Notes under the pieces: generated by a model
Told to the model about the DNA's origin: nothing
Seen by the model: the letters and a program-made list of their open reading frames with translations, nothing else
Database searches by the model: none
Position numbers and translations under genes: made by a program
Assembly (NCBI GenBank): GCA_965112155.1
Contig: OZ218098.1
From: Podarcis liolepis
Lineage: Eukaryota
Reading direction: 5' to 3' (one strand)
Length of the DNA stretch: 64,000 nucleotides
In this document: positions 24,901 through 37,400 of the stretch, in pieces
Layout of the letters: every line of letters begins with the position of its first letter
How positions within the stretch are numbered: position 1 is the first letter of the stretch

Positions 24901-27900
24901 TTCAACCGCCGAAAACCTTGAAGTAAATGCTTCTGTTTTTTAATGTGCCTCAGAAGTCAAATGTATTCCACTGAGGGCCCCCCCCCCAAAGTTTCTCCAT
25001 TGATTTTTCAGGCTGCCCTTTGTGCCTCAGTTTCCGAATGTTTCAGAAGTCGAACAGTCTTCTGGAACGGATTATGATCGAAAACTGAGGTACCACTGTA
25101 TATACTAAAGTTAAAGTCAAAAATTAAAGTTTAGCAACAAAAATGGTGGTGGTTGTTTTAGTTTTTTAAAGAACTCCTTCTGAAATAAAGTATACCAAAC
25201 TTAACAAAGAGAAAAGTAAAGTAAAGTAGCGAATTTCTCCATGTTTTGTGATCATTCAAATGGAACTGAAAGGTATAGCTCTCTTATAATAGGAGGTTTT
25301 TCAGTTTTAAATGCCAATGGAGATGATTGCATATGCGCTTATTCTGAAATTAATATCATTTTAAGCACCTGGACTGAAGCCACGGAGACCCACACCTGAG
25401 CCTCCCGCTCCACCACCTAAAGAAGAAGTTGTTTTGAAAAAAGGTAATTTAGCCGTGTTGCTTTTTTCAAAAACTGGAGGACCCCACTGCTGTGATATTC
25501 CAGTCCTAACGCCACATTGTGAGGTCTGACTGCAACAGCTAAAACACTTCAGCTTCTTCTTGCATCCAACTATAGGATCTCGAGAAGCCCATAAACTCAA
25601 GCAGGTTAACTCCTTTGCTGGTTCAAAGAAAATGCTAGTTCTAGACATGCCGATTCTAGGCAGAAAGCTCTACTAGCAACCATAGCTGATGCTGGAAGCT
25701 CCCAGACAGTTGGAAGTTCTAAGGTGTCTACATTATTTGCAACATAAAGAAAGCTGTTGTTGCTTTTGCTTTTGAATATACAGTAATTAGTGCTTTGATT
25801 TCACCTGCAATTCTAAAAAGGACTTTGGAGACTTGGTTGTAGATTATCACACCATGCAGATTTTAAGTGGTGATCAGTTTATCAGCCTTGAGAAATAAGA
25901 GGTCACTATTCTCCAGATGTAAAACCAAGCCTATTTGTTAGCCTATGTCATTTATTAATAAAGTTCCTCATCACTTCATCACAGAAAATTGTTTTTTTTT
26001 TAAAGTCACAAGAGCAGTTAAGAAACCAGAGGAAGAACCTAAGCCAGAGAAGGAACCAAAAGCTCCACCCAAGCCTCTTGAAAAGATTAAGAAGCCTGAA
26101 GGTACAACGAAAATCAGATTGCCATGAGGTTAAGCAGTAGGAGACCCTTCTTAGACCCCATATTCACAAATACTTTCTGAATCTGAAACAGTAAGCCATC
26201 TGAATTTGGAATAGTTCTTCAGCATGGAAAGAAAAATCCCAACCATTTGGAATATTCAGAAATTTGGGGACACAATCTGCAATGTAACAACTTTCCCTCT
26301 CCCATCCCCTTGACACACTCTGTCTTTTCAGTCTTCACTTTGTAAGAACTCTTGTAGAAAGCTACATCTGACATATTCTATAATTGATAGTTTTGATCTG
26401 TCTTCCTCATTATCGCTATTGTGTCCCAGCTGTTCATCTTCGCCACATACAGTGTTTTGACAGGCTTTGAACTTATTTCTTATTTGTTTTAAATAAATCA
26501 CACCAGCTACATGGCTCAGGATAAACTCGATTAATGCATCAGGGAAGTCAAAATATATGAATTCAGCTTCCGCATAAAACAAATATTTTTTTTAAGTGCC
26601 GGAGGTTGAAAAGAAGAAAACTGAGATCCCAGCTTTCAAGAAAAGGGAAGAAAAAGAAAAACCTGTGCCTGAACCAGCAAAAGGTACAAACATGCAGTGC
26701 TCTTATAATCGCTTATACAACTAAAAGCGCATTTGATCTTGAATATTGGTCTGTGAGCTGCACTAATCTTTAAAACAAGCCAGCTATAAATGCTCCCATC
26801 TTTGTGCTCTTCCAGCTGCTCCCTAATTCTTCATGCAGTACCTCGTCGTTTCTTCTTCTTCTTCTTCATTAAATGTTCTCTTATTTGTCTTTATATGGTT
26901 CAAGCCTGTTCTGTTCCCCTGAAGTAGTATAGGAATGTCTTTAAGGCTTCTGTTAACTGTGCTGTTTGTCTCTCCAACTATTTTTATGCATTTTTTTGGT
27001 TTTGCAATGTTCTGTTAAAAAAAACCCTGATTGACCCACTTGTTATTATTTTTGTTCAAAGTTCCAGAGCCTAAACCAGCCACAATTCCTGAACCAAAGC
27101 CTGCTACAGGTAGGACATTTTGAAACCACTGATTATAGACCATTTTCCTCCAATCTAGCTAACTCTGGCGTTAGCATAAAATCAATGGAGCACCAATATA
27201 ACATGAATAATTTTTAATCCCACCCTATGCCCTTATGTGCTGGTGCAACTCCTTGTTTTTTCAGACTGCGGGCTTACATTTTTGCATTTGTAAATTATGC
27301 AATCACATTTGAGAATTCTGTAGTGTTCTGCTTATGTTTTGCTTGTTAAAGATTATTCCAACAAGTTTGCTTGTTAAAGATTCATCCCAGCTAATACCAC
27401 TGTCTGTTTCTGTGACAAACTAAGGCTAGTGAAAATCTATTTCATGGTTCTAAGAAGTACTAGCAGTGCAAGCCTATGTATGTCTATTCAGAAGTAAGCC
27501 CCATTGCCTTCAATAGGACTTACTCCCAGGTAAATATGTGTAGGATTGCAGACTAAAAGGATTTTTAAAAATGTGCATTGTCTAATGTTAATCATTGTTG
27601 TGCAGAAGTAGGTCCACTTAACTCAGTGTGGCTTTCCTAGTATGTGTGTTGAGGATTGCAACCTCAGTAAATATATATAACTTTTTCTACAGCCCTAAAA
27701 TCTCCTAAGCCTCCCGCAGAACCCAAACCTGAAGCAGCTCCTTTAACAACGCCAGTGGTTGGAAAGAAAGCAGGTATGACTATTACGTCAGTAATATATT
27801 CAAGGGCGGGACTGTATTACTATTCTGTAATATATTCAAGAGCAGGGTTGTGTCACAATTCTATGAACTTTTGTATGAGTAGTCATGAGCACAACAATCA

Positions 27901-28377
27901 TGAGAGAGTTTAAATGTTCTTACTAACAAAAATATTTACAATACACAACTCACTAAAGAAGCTTTAAGGATCACATCTTGTTGTGCTATCAGTGTTCTTC
28001 AACGTCGAGTCTTCAGATGTGGTTGGACTACAACTCCCATCACTCCCAGCCTCCTTAATCAATGGTGAAGGGAGTTGTAGTGCAACAGCATCTGGGGCCC
28101 AAACCTTGAATGGACACTGTCCTAAATAACATGCACATGTATAACCCCAATACAGTCTCTGCCACACAGGCAAGACTTTTACCCAGGACTCAATGATAGC
28201 AGATGGGGAAATGGGTACACTTAGCAGGAGGGCTTGAGGGTCCAAGAGGATGAAACGACCATTACCATGAGGGAGGGAAATGAGGCTGAATTAAACCATT
28301 CATTCATTTCAATATGCACAACTTCTCAGAAGTAATATGAATGCAAGAAGAAGCAACACTTTGAGGAAATAATAGCT

Positions 28378-28425
<48 letters not shown>

Positions 28426-31400
28426 TTTAAACTGGACTTCATTATCTAATACTGCTGTTGCTGTTTTATGTCAGAGCCTAAAACTACACCAAAGGAGGAA
28501 GCTGGCAAGGCTAAACTTCCTATTAAAGGTAAGAGAGATTATAAAATGGAAAACTGCCCCCCAGCCTCTTTAAATATATAGTCTGTGATCAACAGTCCCA
28601 GTATTTATGCTATGAACTACCAAAAAACTGACTATCTAGAATAAACCTGTGAGTCATTTGATAAATGAATGTCAAAGACACTCACACACCCTTTGTAGTC
28701 AACATTTTTACAATGAGTAGTGTCTCTTCTTTCAGAGAACCTAGGCAGTAGTAAGCTAAATTTTACTCAAAGTAGAGACCTATTGAAATTAATACAGTCA
28801 AACCTCGGTTGTCGAACGTAATCCGTTCCAGAAGACCATTTGACTTGCGAAACGTTCGGCAACTGAAAACTGAAATTGGAAGCCTAAATACAATACGAAA
28901 ACTCAAAATGGAAGCCGCATACCATGTTCGGATTCCGAAAATCGTTCAAAAACCAGAACAGTTACTTCCGGGTTTTCGGCATTCGGGAGCCGAGACATTC
29001 CAAAATGGAGGCTTTCAGGAACCGAGGTTTGACTGTAGACCTAACTTACTCATGTGCATTAATTTTACTGGATCTATGCAGAGAAAAAGGTAGCTAAACG
29101 CCACCCCGTGTTTTCATGTAACCATTTTCCCAAAGTGCAAATGGTACTTAAAACAAGAGATTGGCTTTAGCATGCCTAAATTAACAGGATCACATAAAAA
29201 ACTAGAATAATTGTATCTGGTTTTTATGTAATATTCCTGGACTTCAATAAGTAGACAATAAGAGTGGGGGTGGGGTGGATGAATATTGCAATCAAATTAA
29301 AGAAAGGAAGTATGAAGTGTTTTGCTCTTTGGGCAGAACAATACTTTGTCTGTAGGAACCACAAAGGACCAAGATCGGCTTCTACATGCCACAGCCATGC
29401 CTTGCATTTTGTGTCTTGGTCATGCTAGAATGGGATTGGAATGTCAAAAGGACAGAACTGACTGGCTTGTATATAGAATAGATTTAAATGTTCTAGGGAT
29501 AAACAAATTGCCACTTGAACAGAAATAACTGCATGCTTTTCCTGCTGTGTTTAAGACTTGTCATCTTTCATCACACCTCTGCTGACTTTAACTGTGAGAT
29601 TCATACAAATATCCCTTTTAAATATATTACTTGTAGCCAAAAAGACACCTTCACCAGCAGATGCCGAGAGGAGGAAATTAAGACCAGGAAGTGGTGGCGA
29701 GAAACCTCCAGATGAGCCTCCTTTCACATACCAGCTGAAAGCTGTGCCCCTCAAGTTTGTTACAGAAATTAAAGACATAGTGCTGACAGAAGCAGAGTCG
29801 GTAGGCTCTTCCGCCATCTTTGAGTGCCTCATCTCTCCCTCCACTGCCATTACCTCTTGGATGAAAGATGGCAGCAACATCCGCGAGAGTCCTAAGCACA
29901 GGTTCCTCTCTGATGGGAAAGACAGAAAGCTCCACATTATTGACGTCCAGCTTTCAGACGCTGGGGAATACACTTGTGTACTGAAACTGGGAAATAAAGA
30001 AAAGACCTCTACAGCGAAACTAATTGTTGAAGGTATTTTACGGCATTTCCAGTTGGGCTTGAGTTGCTTATATAGATGTTATTTATGCCCCAAAGTTACA
30101 TTTTATTTGCATTAGATGTAATTAATGCCATCCACAGCACAATATTTTACAAAACACAATGGAACTGGACCCTGGTCCCAAGTGTGTTACAATCAATATA
30201 TTAACACAGGGGAGACAACAGAAGTAGCTAAGGAGTGTGTGTTTACTTCATTACATGACCTTAGTTTTAGTGATAGCAAGGCACGGGGTCTTCCTACATA
30301 AATTAAATTATATATACTTGCCCCTAATTTGACAATTTATTCTGGGCATAGGTACTCTGATGCGTGCACAGAATTTCCTGGCCGAGAAGAATATTGCTTT
30401 ATGCATGCATGTCACACCCCTATAATGAATGGGATCCACCTCAAATCCAAGAGATAAGCAAGTCTATATGAGCACATGTTGATCTCTGAAGTTAGGGTGA
30501 TCATTCTAATGCGACAGCTTAAATTTCTATACTGTAGTTTATGGCAATGGTTCCCATTTAGCTAAGTCCTGTGGACTTCCTGTACTTCAAAAACCAAGCC
30601 ACAAACCCCCTGCTTTTTGGGGGGGGGAGGGAATCTCTCTATGGTAGTTTTTGTTACGTGAATGGTACCATGGACCCCCTGTGCAGGTTACGCCAAGTGT
30701 AGATTGCTCAGAGCATAAGAGCATGAGACTCTTAATCTCAGGGTTGTGGGTTTGAGTCCTTGCATAGCACGGAGTTGGATTAGAAGACCTTTGTGGTCCC
30801 TTCCAATGCTATAATTCTATGATTCTGTGACCCCCTTGGAGTCTGTGGACAACCAATTGGGAACCACTGGTTTGTGGGAGTGGGGAAAAGATGCAAATAA
30901 CACTTCTCCTGTTCCCTAGAATTACCAGTGCGCTTCGTGAAGACTCTGGAGGAGGAGCTTACTGTCATCAAAGGGCAACCCTTTTATCTAAGTTGTGAGC
31001 TGAACAAAGAGAGAGATGTGGTCTGGAGAAAAGATGGGAAAATCATTAAAGACAAATCTGGAAAATTTGCTCTGGGTATTATTGGTTTGCAGCGCGCCGT
31101 TACAATCATGGATGCCGATGACACTGATGGAGGTGTATACACTGTGACTGTGGATAATACTGACCTCATCTGTCAGTCAACTGTGAAAGTGGTTGGTAAG
31201 TTAAATTGCAAAACTGTGTAGTGTGTGCTTGGGATAAAATTGGGATATGAAGAAATTCTATTGAGTAATATTAAGCCTTGTGCATTATTTTTGCTCTTAT
31301 ATGCTAGTCCTTTTACCTTACTCTATCTTCACTGACCTATTTAAGATGATTGGTTTTTACTTAAGTTGATTGTGTAATTAGTACTGAAATCATCTGAAGG

Positions 31401-34400
31401 TCTTTAGTGAAGAGCTGGTTTGACTAGAACTGGAACTCAGTATTTAATTGCCAGTTAGAAAATGATTCAGTCACAATATCTCACATTGCTGTACTCCCAA
31501 AAGCTTCAGGTGGAAATATATCAACCTGTGCAAAGTTTATAAAATTGCCTCTGTAGAAGTACTAACAACTATACCAATTCAGTTCACAAGACTGAAGATC
31601 TGTGGTCATCCATGACTCACTTTGGGTAATCTTATTTGAGGGTGGGGGGAGGAATATTTAGCAATAACATCAGATTCCAGCAGTTCTGAGCAAAATGAGG
31701 CCATCAANNNNNNNNNNNNNNNNNNNNNNNNNNNNNNNNNNNNNNNNNNNNNNNNNNNNNNNNNNNNNNNNNNNNNNNNNNNNNNNNNNNNNNNNNNNNN
31801 NNNNNNNNNNNNNNNNNNNNNNNNNNNNNNNNNNNNNNNNATATATTCAAAGCAGAAACACCCCAACACTTTTGTTGTATATTTTTAATTAATAACATAT
31901 GTGGCAATGCCCAGACATTTTATTCTGTGTTATCCAGGTTTTCATGGCACTTTGGCTATGTGGTAGCCCTTTAATACAATTAGAAAGAAGAGATGGGCAA
32001 CCTTTCTCTCTCTCTCATAGCGCAAAGGACCCTTGCCATTCATCTCTACATGTATTATGCTAATTCTAATGGTTATTAATTTTTTGTCATTTGTTATACA
32101 GAAGTGATAAAAGACTGGCTAGTGAAGCCTATTAGAGACCAGCATGTGAAACCAAAGGGTACTGCTACCTTTGCTTGTGATGTCGTGAAGGACACACCAA
32201 ATATTAAATGGTACAAAGGTGATGAGGAGATTCCTCTTGAACCCAATGACAAAACAGAAATTGTAAAAGATGGACCTCATCTCTTCCTCAAAATTAAGAA
32301 CTGCATGCCAGAAGATCTCGGAGAATATGCCGTGGAAGTTGAAGGGAAGAGATACCCAGCTAAACTGACCCTGGGTGGTAAGTGTCTTTTGATCTTTATG
32401 CAATACATTTGCCGGGGAGTAAGAAAAAAGATGAAAGCCCGCAAGACTGTTGAAGTACTGTCTTGATTGCATAGATGTTATTAATTTGTTCATTTCTAAA
32501 TGCCAGAACGTGAAGTTGATCTGCTTAAGCCCATTGAAGATGTCACTATTTATGAAAAAGAAACAGCCAACTTTGACTGTGAGATTTCTGAAGACGATGT
32601 CCCCGGTGAATGGAAACTGAAAGGAGAAACACTCAGGCCCTCACCTGTAAGAATCTGTATTTAAGACCTCGTGAATTTGAATGTAGTATAATTATGTTGA
32701 TCAATTGTGGCCCTGCAGAATACCTTAAAGAAGGATTTAGAACCGTTTGGGCTTATAGTTAACGTTAGTGTGGTTTTCAAAGAGGCACATTTTAATTATG
32801 AAGCTTAAAATCTCAAGAGCAGGGTATCTCCACACAACATAAACAACTGATCCTAGCTCACTGTATAGCTCACCGTCAGAATTTTACTTGCGACCCTAAG
32901 AAGACTTTTGTTACCACATATGCAAGGAATTTAAGGGCGATTGTTATTGAGTACTATGGACAGCCCCAAGTTTTGTTTACCTCAGAGGCACTTGTGGAGG
33001 AAGAGGAGTGGGGGGGCACTGCCCCCGGCAGCGTGATCCTGGTGGGGTGCCATTGTGGCTGCTCCCCCCGCCCGTGCTGGGTGCCACACCCCCAGGACAC
33101 GCGCCACACTGCTGCAGGCAGCGTGCCCCACCCCCAGGATGTGTGCCCCGCCCCAGGACGCGTGCCAGCCCTGCCCCCGCCTGCTCTCCGCCCCCCACCT
33201 GGTGCCGGAGCATGAAGCTCCGCCACTGCTCAGAGGAGGATGGAAGACCATGGAAATATCTTGGCCCTGGATCACTTCAATTACATAGAGGACTTCACCA
33301 TCACATTTTGAGGACTTTACGAGCTATTGCTTTAAAATCAACAAAACATGCTTTGATTAGAATTTTCTTTTGTTACCATGAACTTTTTCATCTTTTCCCT
33401 CCAGACTTGTGAGATCAGAGCCGAAGGAGGAAAACGCTTCTTAACCTTACACAAAGTCAAACTAGACCAGGCTGGAGAGGTTCTCTACCAGGCATTGAAT
33501 GCAGTGACTTCAGCTATTTTGACAGTGAAAGGTAAAGTGTTTCACTAAGAATGTGTCTCCAATTAGCCTGTCGTTTCTGCCATTGTAGTATCTGGGGGGA
33601 AATATTCAATATTCTCTTTATTTGCAGAAATCGAGCTGGACTTTGCTGTGCCTTTGAAAGATGTGACTGTACCAGAGAAACGGCAGGCGAGGTTTGAATG
33701 TGTGCTCACCAGGGAAGCCAATGTGATATGGACTAAAGGCACTGACATAATCAAAGTTGGAGATAAATTTGACATAATTGCAGATGGAACAAAACACATT
33801 CTGGTCATCAATGATTCTCAGTTTGATGATGAAGGAGAGTACACTGCTGTAGTCGAAGGGAAGGAAAGCACTGCAAAATTGTTTGTGGAAGGCAAGTTCA
33901 TTACTGTCAAGAATTACACTGTAAAAGTCACAACAGGAATCAGTCACTGCTTATGACCGGATGGCATTAATTGTCTTTCCCTCTATTTCAGGTGTCCGGC
34001 TGAAATTTATCTCCCCACTCAAAGATCAGACAGTGAAGGAAGGAGAAACAGCCCACTTTGATTTTGAGCTTTCTCATGAAGATATGCCAGTAACCTGGTA
34101 CAAAAATGATAAGAAAATCCACAATAGCAGAACGGTTCTCATTTCTGTAGAAGGGAAGAAACACAAATTAGAAATTAGAGAAGTGACACTTGATGACATC
34201 TCCGAAATCAAGGCTGAAGTGAAGGCATTGCACACTAAGGCAAACCTGAAGGTTTTAGGTAATTTATGTTGTCACATTTTGTTACTGGTTGGATCTGTAT
34301 CTATTATATGTATGTATAAAATACATATCTTTATGTATTTTAGTATTTATGTTTTTCATGTACTAATTCACTCTGATTACTAACCTCTTCAAAAAAATAC

Positions 34401-37400
34401 AACAACACTTCTTACCTGACCCATATCTTGTAGAGGCCGACCCATATTTCGTTGTGAAATTGCAAGATTATACCGCTGTTGAGAAAGATGATATCATTCT
34501 GGAGTGTGAACTTAGCAAAGATGTGCCAGTGAAATGGTATAAAGATGGTGAGGAGCTTGTAGCTTCCAAGAGAATCTCCATCAAGACTGATGGCAAGCGC
34601 CGCATATTAAAAATTAAAAAAGCAACCGATGCTGATAAGGGAAATTATGAATGTAACTGTGGAACTGACAAGACAAATTCTGAAGTTAAGATTGAGGGTA
34701 AGTGATTGTCCTCCTTCAGTAGAACCTCTTCGAAACATTGTACACCTTACTGGTCAAGGCAGGAAATCTGAGATATATACATATTTGCTTTCAGCTCGTA
34801 TGATAAAAATAGAGCGTCCTCTTTATGGAGTGGAAGTATTTGTTGGCGAAACAGCACGATTTGAGGTTGAAATCTCTGAGCCTGATGTTCATGCCATTTG
34901 GAAGTTAAAGGGAGAAACTTTAACAGCTTCACCTGTAAGTCTGTTTCAAAAAAACAAGCAAACCACAGCACAAGTGTTGTTGTTTTTAAGAGAAACACAC
35001 AAAAACAATTCTTAGAAAGTTTTAGAGAACACATGAGTGATTAGGACAAATCTGTTATTTTTTTCCCCACCCTCATAAAAAATAAAAATCAGGATTGTGA
35101 AATGATTGAAGATGGCAAGAAACATGTCTTGATTCTTTACAACTGCAAACTGGATATGACAGGAGAAGTGTCCTTCCAAGCTGCAAATGCGAAAAGCGCT
35201 GCAAATCTGAAAGTGAAAGGTAGGCTTCAGAAGGCATCAACTCCCAACCCATCTTGCAGGGTTTTCTTAATGCCCAGCAACATCAATAAAATCCATTGCT
35301 GGAGCAGTTTATAAAAAAACAAACAAACACGTGTCTAACACTCTTAATAACCCGGTTTGATTTCAGAGCTGCCTCTCATCTTCATAACTCCTCTCAGTGA
35401 CATTAAAGTCTTTGAGAAGGATCCTGCGAAGTTTGAATGTGAGGTATCAAGGGAACCGAAGACTTTCCGTTGGTTGAAAGGAACCCAAGAGCTTGAAGGG
35501 GATGAGAAATTTGAAATTATAACAGAAGGCACAAAGCACGCACTTGCCATTAAGAGTGTGGCTTTTGAGGATGAGGCTAAATATATGTTTGAGGCTGAAG
35601 ACAAACGGACAAGTGCAAAGCTGATCATTGAAGGTTTGTTTGTAGCTCTGGTTCTCCTGACGGTGTGTTTGGCTTTCATATTTATGTCATTTGATTCGTC
35701 ACAGTTTAACTTTAACGAGATGCTTTTGTGGTTTAGGCATTCGCCTTCAATTCATTACCCCTCTCAAGGATGTAACTGCAAAGGAGCGCGAGACTGCAGA
35801 ATTTACTGTTGAGCTTTCCCATGACAATATCCCTGTTATCTGGTATAAGAATGACCAACGGCTCCATACCACCAAGGTTGTTTCAATGAAGGACGATGGC
35901 AAATTCCATACGCTCACATTCAAAGATCTCAATATTGATGACACCTCTCAGATAAAAGTGGAAGCTATGGGCAAATCGTGTGAAGCTAAACTTACTGTCC
36001 TTGGTATGTGTGGTCTGAGTTTGATTTACATTATGGCTCTTCTTTGATAGAACATCAACTAGAAGCATAACCGTGTGCTTAGAAGCTTTATTCACATGGG
36101 CTTCCCCTTCCTCAGAGCAGTTCTTTAAATCTTATGGGGAGATCCCATTCCAGATTCTTATGGTACAGCTAGATTTGCCTCCATATTAGGGCTTTCTTGG
36201 CAGCAGACCTCATACTTTTGAACATGCTTTCAAGAAGAGGTTCATATGAGCTCCTCTTTTGGGGGCCATCTGTCCTCTTTCAGAAAGCTTCTGACAATTG
36301 ACTGCCACTAGTTGATGTGTTCTGTTATACTGCCATGCTACCCTATTAGCAATCCTTTTGTTATTTATTTGTCCTTTGGTTCATTGTTTCATTGTGGTTG
36401 TTGCTTTGAATTTGCACCCTTTTCTAAAACATTGCATCCATTGGCTGCCTGTTTCTTTCCGGTAACACAATACAAAGTACTAGTCCTGACCTATAAAGGC
36501 CTAAGTGGTCTGGGACCAGCATATCTAAAAGAACATCCTTTTCACTTACAAGTCTAATCATCAGTTAAGAATATTTCGGTGGCAAAGCACATGCCTTGCA
36601 CACAAAAACTCCCAGGTTAAATCCCTTCCTTCTCCAGGTAGTATTGGAAAAGACTCCTGTCTGAAACCCTGCATAGCTACAACCAACCACTGTAGACAGT
36701 AGTTAGATGAGCCTATGGTCTGACTGAGTGAAAGGCAGTTTTCTATGTTTTTATCTGTTGGGACCTTTTTCCAAACTCCCATGCTTGTTATTGTCATTCA
36801 GGCTTTACTTTGAAATGGTCCTATTTTCCTGTGTTTTTTTTATTATCAGTAATAGCTTTCAGTGTCTTTATATGGCTCTGCTGTAAGTTTTTGTGCTGCC
36901 ATTTTATTTTTGTTTTAGTCTTGTTTTTGGGAAAACGTCATCCCTCCTACAAATTTTTGGATGTCGTATTGTCTAAGTTTGTTTTGAATTTGTTGCAAGC
37001 CGCCTTGTGGATCCAAATCTCTGGAAGGCGGGGTATAAATCTCTTTTAAATAACCAAAATAATAAATAAATAAGAAACCACTTTGTGGTGTACCACAGAA
37101 ACACGTTTCTTTCGGGTCCGTATAAAAGAAACAAAATGAAAAGCAGAATCAGCTACTTTTACCTAATAACAATAATTTGCTCTATTAAAGTTGCTTAAAA
37201 ACTTGCTTTTAGAAAACTTTATCCTACATAGAAAATCTAAAAAAAAGCACTCTTACCTGAAAGGAGAACTGTCTTGCATAAGTTGGTACAATTTTGAATG
37301 TATGAGTAATCTTAGAATGTCACATATTCACCTTGACTTGCAGAGGGGGACCCTTATTTTACTGGGAAGCTTCAAGATTACACGGCTGTGGAGAAAGATG

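Noticed and set aside
902-28528. Regularly spaced similar 70-90-nt units resembling a CRISPR-like array
   Set aside because: They are spliceosomal exons with AG/GT borders in a eukaryotic gene; there are no cas genes and the repeats are not identical.
30701-30765. tRNA-Lys(CTT)-like sequence
   Set aside because: The acceptor stem and D arm are degenerate and it is fused to a CR1-like tail, so it is a SINE rather than a tRNA gene.
32954-33412. GC-rich island with overlapping ORFs, possibly a CpG-island promoter
   Set aside because: It is bounded by a perfect 8-bp TSD, so it is a hAT insertion.
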